A stretch of 64,000 bases of DNA, taken from NCBI GenBank assembly GCA_030704615.1, contig CM060732.1:18414001-18478000 (forward strand). The letters run 5' to 3'. Below are positions 1 to 9,709 of the stretch, piece after piece (positions within the stretch are counted from its first letter, which is position 1; each line of letters begins with the position of its first letter). Made by a program: the position numbers and the translations under genes. The notes under the pieces were generated by a model. It was not told the origin of the DNA and did no database searches. It worked only from the letters and a program-made list of their open reading frames with translations. This DNA is from Takakia lepidozioides (lineage: Eukaryota; Plantae; Bryophyta).

Positions 1-1
1 G

Positions 2-430
2 ACCAACCTAGCACCACCAGAGTTGCTCAAGAGAGCATATGATTCCATTCAACGGCCACCCAGTCTCACGGTTGAGGGCATTTTGGACCAAGGGAGGCAG
101 CCACAGAGGGTGCGACATGATGACCATCCACTTTTGGTGGTGGTTAATCGAGTGGGACAGCCACGTACGGCCTTGCCTACACTTGTGAGATTTCCCACGT
201 CTCATGCTTTTCAAGACAATGGTCCAGGGTTGATTTGGGACAGTGCACTACAGCAATTGATGGAGCCCAATGCGGATGAGAGAGAGCGGGCAATGGGGTT
301 TGACACAGGCACTACAGCTATGCCAGCTCTATCAGAGGCATCACGCCGATAGATGTTGGGTCAAGCAATGGATCTAAATTGCTTGACATGGGTCATTAGC
401 TTGTGCATGGTTGAGCAACGGAGGTTGTAG
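2..430 (+). pseudogene. C-terminal part of a DNMT3-like C5 DNA methyltransferase domain inside the Gypsy polyprotein
   Basis: Frame 2 reads TNLAPPELL...LTVEGILDQGR...EPNADERERAMGFDTGTT...SEASRR*MLGQAMDLNCLTWVI. This matches the end of C5-MTase motif VIII (WxNL), motif IX (ExERxxGFP) and motif X (RxxxLG). In-frame TAG stops at 350 and 428. Confidence 0.8.
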
Positions 431-936
431 ACAGTGGTGGCTACTACTGCACTCCCATTGGATAGTGCATCCTCCCTGCCAACCGGGACGGTTGAGGCAG
501 TGAGTGGGGGCAAGCACAGGATCATGGGGTGCAAACACCCATGGCAGATGTGGGATCAGATGCGGAAAAAGAGAGTCATTGGGTCTCTCAAGGAGCAATA
601 TGAGGAGTGGGGAGAGCCATACACGGAGGATCAGTTGGAGGCCAAGGTGGCCAAGGCTCTTGAAGAGGTTGAGGATGTTTCTTTTGCGGAGGATGTTTTC
701 AAGGTGGCTATGGCGGAGCAAGTGGAGGCTACGCCATAGTCAGGGTGGGCAGATAAGGCCCAAGAGATTGCTATCTAGCAACCAAAGGTGCGTTTCCTAC
801 TTCCAAGCTTGGTGTACCCAAGGTTGCAGTCACTGAGGACAATTGCGAACCAGATGTCGGATCTACAGTCACTGGAGGAGAAAGACGGAGGATCCAACGA
901 TTTCTAAGGGCTTATAAAAATTGCTTTGCCTTCGGT

Positions 937-2271
937 TTGAAGGATTTGGGGAGTTTGAAGGGCCAGGAGATTCGTATTGATTTGGCAAGTGACACGCCAA
1001 TTTTTCGAAGGCCCTACAGGTATAGTGACATAGAGAGGTCTTTGATCCAGTCGCGGACTATGGAGTTGTTCGAAGCTGGATTGGTGGAGTTGTCAGGTGG
1101 GGGGTATGCCTCGGCAATGGTGATGCCAGCTAAGAAGGATATCTATGGCAATTGGACAGAAAAGAGGATATGTGGGGACTACCGTCCTATGAACCGTCAG
1201 ACTAAGTCCGATAGATATGCCATGCCAACTCCAGAGGAGATCTTTGATGCCATTGGGCATGCAAAGGTGTTTAGCACATTGGACTTGCGATCCGGTTACC
1301 ACCAGTTGCCAATCAAAGAGGCTGACAAGCAAAAGACGGCATTCTGGGGGATTGACCAACATGGGAAGGATTGCTTGTACCAATGGCGGTTCCTACCGTT
1401 TGGGTTGAAAAATGTTCCTACAGAGTTTCAGATGGTCCTGGATAGGATTCTTGCGGGGCTAGACTTTGCCCGGTGCTACATTGATGATATCATCATCTTT
1501 AGTGCCACAGTTGAGGAGCATGAGAGACACCTTCAGGTGGTGTTTGAGCGCTTGAGAGCGCATGGGTTGAAATTGCACCCTGGGAAGTGCAAGTTCTTCT
1601 ACAGCCAGATTGAGTATCTAGGCCACATGATATACCCTGGAGGACTGGGTGTTCAAAAGACGAAGGTGGAGGCCATTCCACGCATTCCACGCCCCATAGA
1701 TGTTAGCAGAGTTCGTGCTTTCATGGGATTGACAAACTACTATCGACGGTTTGCAATCAAGGGATTTAACAGCATTGCAAAGGCTCTTACCAAGTTGACC
1801 AAGGTGGGTCAGGGGTGGCAGTGGGAGGAGGAGCAGAAGGAAGCCTTTGAGGAACTCAAGGTTTGATTGACTTCTGCACCTATTTTGAGGCGGCCTACTC
1901 AGGGGCGGCCTTTCCAGCTACATACGGATTGGAGTATGCTGGGGATTGGGGCAGTGCTCGCACAGGTGGATGATGAGAGAAGAGAGTTTGTAGTGGCATA
2001 TGCTAGCCGTTCGAAGAATGATGCCGAGATGAAGTGTAGTTCCTATGAAGGGGAGTGTCTAGCTGCAGTATGGGCAGTGGCACATTTTAGATGTTACCTC
2101 TATGACAATCTCTTCACCTTTTTCACGGATCACCAACCATTGAAGTGGTTGATGGAGTCAGACAAGCTTAGGGAAGCTTGCACGGTGGGCACTTATGCTT
2201 CAAGAGTACGACTTCCAGGTGGTGCATCGAGCCGGTGTAGTCAATTGGGATGCAGATGGGTTGAGTCATAA
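937..2271 (+). pseudogene. Gypsy reverse transcriptase and RNase H
   Basis: ORFs 937-1866 and 1867-2271 share a frame, separated by a single stop. Motifs DYRPMN, LDLRSGYHQ, PFGLKN, YIDDI, TDWS, YSxxEGECLA-like. Frameshift near 2170. Confidence 0.95.
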
Positions 2272-2359
2272 TCCATGCACGAGCAAACATGATGATACTA
2301 GAGCTCGGTGGCATGGTGAGACGGATGAGGAGATGGGAGGATAGCATGCATCTGCCTTT

Positions 2360-3919
2360 TTGTGCATTCTAGCAATGGGAGCTCAAACTGGTCCATCCCA
2401 TGTGATTGGTCATGGAGATAGTGTGCATGACGATCCAGAGATCAATGAAGAGTTTGGTGGTGCTAAGGAGGTGCATGAAGATGCAGCAGTGTTGGCCTAC
2501 CTTTGTATGGGAGAGACAGCAGCCAATATGACTGCTAAGGAGAGAGATCGAATCCTACAACGGGCCAAGAGGTTCAAGTGGGAGGGGACTTATTTGCTCC
2601 GAGTATGGGAGGATGGACGAGTGAGGATTGTGCCTCATCCAACACAACGAGCGCGATTGGTACGCCATGCCCATAAGGAGTTGGGACATTTTGGGGTGCG
2701 ACGCACTTATGGTTTGCTGCAAGGGCAGTATTGGTGGCGGGGCATGCACACAGATGTGCAACAGTTAGTGGCAAGGTGCATGGTGTGTAATAGGGTGCGT
2801 GCTTCCTTTAATGCACCTATTCCACAATTGCATCCTTTACCCATCATGAGATTGGGATATCGATGGAGTCTTGACTTCGCGGGACCATTGCCACTGACGA
2901 TGCGCCACAACAAGTATGTGCTGGTGATGGTGGAACACTTCTCCAAATGGATTGAGCTGGTGCCATTGTCTGACGAGGCAAGTGAGGAGGCTGCGTATGC
3001 ATTCTTAGATCGAGTGCTTAGCCAATTTGGTGCTCTAGCCGAAGTACTTACAGACCAGGGGAGAGAGTTCTTGGGGGAGTTTCAGGATTTGTGTGAGCAA
3101 GCCTTGATAGATCACCGCACGACTTCTCGGGATCATCCCGAGGCTGATGGCTTGGCGGAGAGAGTTGTTCAGACAGTCAAGAGGGGTTTGCGCAAGTACG
3201 GTTTGCAGAAGGGACACCTGGGAGATTGGGACCTTCAGCTACCTTGGTTGGCTATGGACTATAGGTTCAGCAAACAAGCGTCACTTGCCTCCTTCTCACC
3301 TTACTTTCTTCTCTTCGGCCGAGAGCCAGATTTGCCTACATCTATTCGCAGGGAGGCTGCAGTAGTCCTTGACCTTGATGATCCGGATGTGTGGATACAA
3401 ACGTGTGACCAGCGGGCAGAGTTGTTCAAGAGAGTCATGCCTATGGCTTTTGAGAACCTTGCTATTGCCCAACACCGAGACACATTGAGGTATGCCACCA
3501 TACATGGAGGCGGATATCGACCGGGTGTTCGGAGATTCAACCCTGGGGACTATGTGTATCTGCAGCAGACAGCACCTACGACCTTGGATGTCACAGCAAG
3601 GCGTGTGATTCTATGGGTATGGGAGGTGTTGTCTTCAGGAGTGTTGATTCTGGAGGGTCGAGATGGCATGGTATGGAAGGACCATGTACGCAATTGTGCG
3701 CCATATCACCTTCTACATGTGGATGGGAGGATAGATCCCAACCTTGCAGTGGTACCTACAGGGTTGCGTTGCATGCTATGTGGGCATGCTGGTGGTGCCG
3801 CAACCATGTTGGTGTGTGACAAATGCTCAAGGGGGTGGCACATGGGATGCTTGACACCGCCACTTGAGGAGGTTCCTAGCGGAGAATGGTTGTGTCCACG
3901 ATGCCTTGGACAGAGGTAG
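2360..3919 (+). CDS. Gypsy integrase with C-terminal PHD finger
   Basis: HHCC (HKELGH...CMVC) and DDE core (SLDF, TDQG, ERV). At 3770-3904, CMLC-x11-CDKC-x4-H-x2-C...WLCPRC is a C4HC3 PHD pattern. Confidence 0.92.
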   Translation: MCILAMGAQTGPSHVIGHGDSVHDDPEINEEFGGAKEVHEDAAVLAYLCMGETAANMTAKERDRILQRAKRFKWEGTYLLRVWEDGRVRIVPHPTQRARLVRHAHKELGHFGVRRTYGLLQGQYWWRGMHTDVQQLVARCMVCNRVRASFNAPIPQLHPLPIMRLGYRWSLDFAGPLPLTMRHNKYVLVMVEHFSKWIELVPLSDEASEEAAYAFLDRVLSQFGALAEVLTDQGREFLGEFQDLCEQALIDHRTTSRDHPEADGLAERVVQTVKRGLRKYGLQKGHLGDWDLQLPWLAMDYRFSKQASLASFSPYFLLFGREPDLPTSIRREAAVVLDLDDPDVWIQTCDQRAELFKRVMPMAFENLAIAQHRDTLRYATIHGGGYRPGVRRFNPGDYVYLQQTAPTTLDVTARRVILWVWEVLSSGVLILEGRDGMVWKDHVRNCAPYHLLHVDGRIDPNLAVVPTGLRCMLCGHAGGAATMLVCDKCSRGWHMGCLTPPLEEVPSGEWLCPRCLGQR

Positions 3920-4175
3920 TAGGCATGACAATGGTGAAGTTGGCAAGTGATCGAAGGTCTAGCCAGTGGGAATTCAACGTCATGGATACTCAATTGAAGA
4001 TCACGGATTACAGGCAGACGACTAACGATGGGGCTACTTGTGTACCCGGCCTCTTGATTTATCGACTTCAGATGTTGGGACTTATACGATTGAAGACCAA
4101 GCGATGATCTTATTGGGTGGATACTTGTCAGCTATCCGGTGTTAGATGGACCTAATCACCAGCTAGGGGGGCGAT

Positions 4176-4698
4176 TGTGGCATAGCTTTCTAGGATTGTG
4201 TGCTTAGATTGTGTGTAGACGACGATGTATGTTGTGGCACGATGCTTAGGTGCACGACAGCTATAATGGTTTTAGTCATGGTTAACTAGAATTACCTACT
4301 TCTAGTTAATTAGGACATTTTAGATATTTATATGTGCATTTTGTGTGTTGGGACTTCATTTGGTCTCATATGCCAAGTGAGGAATCAAGCCTCACTTGGG
4401 ACATGGGGATGGGTTTTCCCCTTGTGAGGGTTGAGGAGGCTCATCTTCTGGAAGTTGAGCCTCCATGAGCCTCTCCCACCTCCATAGCTCTAGGTATTGA
4501 GAGGGAGTGTGGGGAGGGCTTTGTAGGGTGGATTCCTTTAGCAAAGGTGCCATTGACTTGCTAGTTTATGTGATTGAGTGGATTCATGAGTGGAGTGTTT
4601 CCATTGTGTGTTCACTTCCATTATCATTGTGGCATAGCTTTCTTAGATTGTGTGTGGACAGCGATGTATGTTGTGGCACGATGCTTAGGTGCACGACA
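4176..4698 (+). repeat. Gypsy 3' LTR with an internal direct repeat at both ends
   Basis: Starts TGTGGC right after the purine tract and ends GCACGACA at the junction with Copia RT sequence. 4176-4259 and 4628-4698 are near-identical. Confidence 0.8.
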
Positions 4699-7600
4699 GG
4701 CCTATGTTTGTCATGTCAAACCTTTTGCTTAGCTGTGCCTGTATCCACTCGATTTTTTTAACATGATCTCCAGTAATGAGAAGGTTGTCTACATACAGGA
4801 CAATAACCATAATCTTTCCATCTTCTATACAATAATATAGATTGTAGTCTGCATTACTCCTATGTAGACCTTGAGCTTTAAGATAGGCGTCTATTATTTC
4901 GTACCATTCACGGGGAGCTTGCTTCAGTCCGTAGAATGCTTTGTTGAGTCTGCATACCTTGCTCTCTTTTCCTTGGACGATGAAACCTTGTGGCTGCAGC
5001 ATGTAGACCAACTGCTTTAGGTGACCGTTGAGAAATGTTGTTTTAATATCCATGTGATACATGGGCCAATTCCGTTGAGCTGCAAGGGCCACTAGAGCTC
5101 TCAAAGTGCTCCACTTGGGCACTGGGGCGAATGTTTCCTCGTAGTCCACTCCTTGACGTTGCTCAAATCACGGACCACCAACCAAGCTTTGTAGACTGGT
5201 TGAGCTTCACCTAAGCCTTGTTTCAGCTTGTAAACTCATTTTGCACTTCGTTCCTCTTGGAAGGTCTACCAGATCCCATGTAGAGTTTCGATCAATACTG
5301 CGCATTTCCTCGATCATAGCAAAGATCCAAGCTGGATCCTTGCATGCCTGTTCAAAAGTCACAGGTTCCTCAGAAGTGGTGACGGTGATTGCGTGAGCTG
5401 CAGGCTTTGTGATTCCAGAGATGATATAATCCTTGTGCCAATCAGGTGCATGTCTTTCACGAGTCGGATATCGTTGAGGTGTTGGCACCGCAGTCTCCTA
5501 ATCAGTTGGAATATTTACTGCAATCTCCTGATCAATTGGAATATTTACTGCAGTCTCCTGATCAGTTGGAGTATTTACTGCAATTTCCTGAGTTGGATTT
5601 ACATCCTCGGGTGCCAGAGTGGACCCTTCCTTATGTGTACTCCCATCTGTCTTTATGAATGGGTCATGTACAATGATTGTATGCCGAATCATTGGTTGAT
5701 ATGGAGGGGTGTCACCTTGAGGAGTAGTCTCCTTTTCTTGGGGAGGAACTAAGTTCCCTGGGGATGGTGGGATGAAATCCCCAAGGCCTGTAATTACCTC
5801 TGGTGTGGTCGAGAGGTTGCGATCAGAGATCTGCAATGAACTCTCATCAAAGACCACGTCTCTGGAGATAACAATTTTTCTCTTCTCTGAGTCAAAACAT
5901 ATGTAGGCTCTTGAGTTTGTGTCGTATCCCAGAAAGATACATTTTCTAGACCTGGCCTCCATCTTTCCTCTTTCTTCTTTGGGAATATGCACATAAGCAG
6001 TGCAACCAAACACTCACAAAAAGGAAAGATCTGGTTTGACCTTGGAGTATTTTTCCTCCGGGGTAATACCAGAATTGGCTTTTGTGGGAGATCAATTTAC
6101 CAGAAAGTTTGCCGTGTTGAGTACCTTTGGCCAGAGATATTTTTCCACTGGGGTAGAGACAACCATGCTCCGCGCTCTGTCCAAGAGAGTTCGGTTCTTT
6201 TGTTCCGCAACCCCGTTCTGTTGGGGCGTGCGTGCTTGGGTCAGTTGCCGATGGATGCCTGCATTTTTGCAAAAATCTTCAAAAGCAGTGGACAAGTACT
6301 CTCCTCCCCAATCTGTTCGAAGCGCTTCGATCTTGAGCCCAGTCTCGTGCTCAGTAAGAGCCTTGAATCTCCGGAAGACCATTAGAGCTTCACAGTTCTT
6401 GCTGATAAAATAAATCCAGGTTTTTCTAGAGAAATCATCTGTGAAGGTAATAAAGTACCTAGACCCCTTGAGAGATTTTGTGGCTAGAGGGCCACATATA
6501 TCAGAGTGAATGAGTTGTAAAGGTTTGTTTGCTCTATTTTCACTTTTCTTTGGAAATGTCTCTCTGCAGTGCTTGCCAAATTGACAACCTTCACATATGC
6601 AGGTAATGAGAGGTAAATAGGGGATTCCTTTTGCCACATTTCAGCTGGACAAGTGGTGAAGGCTTGGATAGTTAAGATGCCCCAATCTATTGTGCCATAG
6701 ATGTACATCAACCTTTCCTTCAACTAGATTGACTTCTATTCCTGGTTTTGGAGGTTTCTTTCCCGTATCAGTGCACTTGCTACTATCAAATACAACAACA
6801 AGATTCTTATTGACTAAAGCTCCTACAGATAGTAAGTTCTTAGTCAGACCCGGTACGTAGAGAACATCATCGAACTCCTTTATTTCTCTAGAATTGCCAC
6901 GAAGGCTCACAGTGCCAGTCCCTTGGAATTTGTGAGGCACTCCTCCAGCTGTGGTCACATTGTAAGACTTGGTGGAGGGTTTGATCTGATCTAGCAGAGC
7001 TGGATTGCCCGTAACGTGCTTGGATGCTCCAGAGTCGATGATCCAAGATGGGTCATTTGTCTCTATTGCCAGAGCTGTGAGTGCTTCCTTAAAGACCTCT
7101 AAAGCTAGGGCCCTCAACATCCTCAGTACTCTCTTCTGCACTAGGATCTAGTATCTCATCGGTGTCACAGTTTGTGAAATGTGCTTCATGGGGACGAGTT
7201 GGCCCTGGCCCGTTGTAGTGAGTACACTCGCGGGCCTAGTGGCCTGTCTTGCCACATTTGTGACAGACATCAGCCTTCTTGGATGATCCTGAGCTATCCT
7301 CAAATGCTCGCTTGGCATTGAAGCGGCCATGATGTTTGCGCTCTTTTAACAACTTCCGGAAACGCACTATGAGGGCATCCTCCCCGTCATTTTTCTTGGC
7401 TCGATTGATCATATTTTCTTCTTCCAAGAGCATGCGGCCAGTCAGCTCTTCCAAGGAAGGAAGCTCCTTCTCACAAGAAATGGCTCGGATGAATCCATCG
7501 TAGCTGTCCGGGAGTGTGTTGATGACCTGCTCAACCACCATGCCATTGTCGGGTGCTTCATCTGTTACGTGTCTCATGAAATCAGCAACTGAACTACCTT

Positions 7601-8027
7601 CGGACATCTTGAGGTTAGAAAAGTGGTGCCTCACAGGTAGCCTCTTGGTGTTGTTCTTGGTTTCGAACATCTTTGTGAGGACCTCCCAACATTCATTTGG
7701 ACCATTGCAGTTCATGATGAACGGGACAATCTGATCCTTGATAGACAATTTGAGGATCGCAAAGGCCTTCCTCAATCTAGATCTCATGGAGTCCGGTCCT
7801 GAACTGACCGATGAGATTTCACTTAGGGTATCAAGGTTCCTGATTCCCCCCAATGGGTTTGTTGGAGATGTGACAATATTCCACAAGTCCTGACTCTCTA
7901 GGATATTCTGGATCCTGAACTTCCACATATTATAGTTCGAGGCTCCCTCAAGTTTGTGACAATCAGAGAGAAGTTGCTCAATTCCAGGCATACTGTAAAG
8001 ACTTACATGACACATGAAACAAAACAA
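4699..8027 (-). pseudogene. Copia gag-pol, fragmented by stops and frameshifts
   Basis: ORFs 7236-8027, 6641-7141, 6092-6637, 5498-6013, 5207-5488 and 4685-5149 are consecutive pieces of one polyprotein. Confidence 0.93.
5491..5590. repeat. 30-bp tandem repeat (about 3.3 copies) in the Copia INT-RT linker
   Basis: Units at 5491, 5521 and 5551 (cagtctcctgatcagttggaatatttactg-like), encoding QE[IT]AVN[IT]P[IT]D on the minus strand. Confidence 0.9.
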
Positions 8028-8263
8028 GAAGAAAAAATATGATAACTCACAGCAGTGGATAAGACTGCACTCGCTTTACGACAAAAGGAACTGATGCACT
8101 GACCACTAGCCTTAAAAGTGTCAGTCACCTAAATCAAAGCACCCGTGTGCTAGCTACTAGCTCTATAGCACTAGTCAGGGTGGGCCCTTACTTCGACTAC
8201 TAACTGTATAGTATCGAGTTGGCTATCCAGAAGACCTCAGCCGCTAATCTTATAGCGCTAGGC

Positions 8264-8275
8264 GCTCTAATACCA
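8264..8275 (-). promoter_or_regulatory. Primer-binding site (initiator tRNA-Met type)
   Basis: Minus strand reads TGGTATTAGAGC, one mismatch from TGGTATCAGAGC, and abuts the LTR. Confidence 0.85.
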
Positions 8276-8546
8276 TGTTGGTTTCGTAAACTAAAACAAG
8301 TCAAGAAACAGAGCACATGAGGTTCCTATAAATACTGAGAAGGACCACTGAGCCCAAGGGGCTGGTCCAAGGCTTGCCCTTGACCCTGAGCTAACAAGTG
8401 GGGTTTCACTACTTGATAATGAGCATATCTACACAAAGCAAGGAATTACAAGTGTCACTGCTAATCATGATAAGAGAAGCTACACTAAGAACCCAAGCCA
8501 CACTAAATAATAAGTGCTGAAACATGAAGAGTGGGTAGTTCCAACA
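8276..8546 (-). repeat. Copia 5' LTR (271 bp)
   Basis: Inverted termini TGTTGG...CCAACA, adjacent to the PBS; flanked by ATTAA (candidate TSD) at 8547-8551. Confidence 0.85.
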
Positions 8547-8832
8547 ATTAAGCTAAGAAGAGGCCTCAAAGAGGGCCCGGAAAACTGCGCACCCCATGCC
8601 AAGGACATTAATACATGGATGGTGTGGCAATGGGACCCAGCAGCCGTATGCTTGGAGAAGTGTACGTGGCCAAGGCAACCTTCTAGAAGGGTCCCACCGC
8701 TGAGGGCTCGGCGGGCTTGTAGAAGGTCCCACCGCCCTGTGAGGGTATATAAAGAGAGTCGGGGGCTCTCTTCCCCTTATTCATCTTTGCTCTACTTCTA
8801 TTAATTTATTATGTCATGGTTTGTGTTTTTTT

Positions 8833-8870
8833 GGGGCCCTGCGTGTGCAGAGCCCCCCCCTAGGTACTAG
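8833..8870 (+). mobile_element. Helitron-like 3' terminus
   Basis: GC-rich hairpin GGGGCCCTGC-GTGT-GCAGAGCCCC (8833-8856), a 10-nt spacer, then CTAG followed by T. Confidence 0.55.
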
Positions 8871-8999
8871 TAACTAGTAAGTGAAACTTGGCTATAACAG
8901 GCTTAGCAAATTCAGTTACTATAATTTAATACTAGGAAAATATTAGACTGATCTGATCAGTCTAAATGTTGACCGAACCTCAGAGGACAGAGAACTTAC

Positions 9000-9602
9000 C
9001 CCTCCCTTTTCCCCATGCTACTGAGGTCCTGACAGGGGAGGCCGCCAACCACGAGATCAACCTTCTTATCAATGGCTATTCTATCAAGTATCCGTACATC
9101 TCCGACATGTTGGACTTCTGGATACCTTGCTCTTATCACTTGGATTGCTGGTGCACTCTGGTACTCAAATCAGCCCACTCTTGCATTAATGAAATGCCGG
9201 CACGTTGGTATCCATTTGATAAAACTGATAAGTCATGTACTTCACAGCTTGACGAGCTTTTGGCATTGTAAGCATTCTCTCTACGTTTCTAGGAAGTACA
9301 AAAGAAAGAATCATGCTTTAAATATATTGTGTATCTTCATCCCTAAGGAGTTCCGCCCTCCACTTGGAAGATGGACTACGTTTACAAGTGTATCTTGCCT
9401 CAACAACACATTCCCTCCAAGCAACGCCTCATACTAACCACTTTAGAGCTGTAGCCAACAAAAGGGATGCCAAGACGAGAAAGCACTGCCGGATATCACC
9501 AATTCCGTCAAAGAGGCTCAGGACCACAAGCTTGTCTCCCTTCCATGCCCCTGCATCGTTCTTGAAAGCCGTCACCCAGTCTCCATCTCCCTCATATGGG
9601 GC
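9000..9602 (-). pseudogene. Spliced C5 DNA methyltransferase pseudogene (DNMT3/DRM-like), exons for motifs I-IV
   Basis: Exon 9602-9439 (AG...GT) reads KLVVLSLFDGIGDI, then a frameshift, then AVLSRLGIPFVGYSSKV. Exon 9157-9000 (CAG...GTAAGT) reads SAPAIQVIRARYPEVQHVGDVR...KVDLVVGGLPCQDLSSMGKREG, including the catalytic PC. Not in the ORF track. Confidence 0.88.
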
Positions 9603-9709
9603 CTACAAGTTTGTGTAATTTGGGATCATTGTGAATTCTCTTTAGCGTGACCGTTCTTATTGAACTATCCTGTTATGTAGATGCCCTTGCTGTATTCACA
9701 CCAGACTCA

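Larger units (their letters stand above)
1..4698 (+). mobile_element. Ty3/Gypsy LTR retrotransposon, 3' part (5' end lies left of the window); order DNMT-RT-RNaseH-INT-PHD; decayed
   Basis: RT (LDLRSGYHQ, YIDDII), RNase H (TDWS, TDHQPL) and integrase follow in Gypsy order. A purine tract at about 4165-4171 precedes an LTR with TG...CA ends (4176-4698). Confidence 0.95.
4699..8546 (-). mobile_element. Ty1/Copia LTR retrotransposon, 5' part, interrupted in RT by the Gypsy element
   Basis: Minus-strand order: gag (CHKCGKTGH knuckle), protease (WIIDSGASKH), GAG-pre-integrase (LWHNRLGH), integrase (IHSDICGP, QNGVAE), RT (MDIKTTFLNG, YGLKQAPR, YVDN). PBS and 5' LTR present. Confidence 0.95.
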
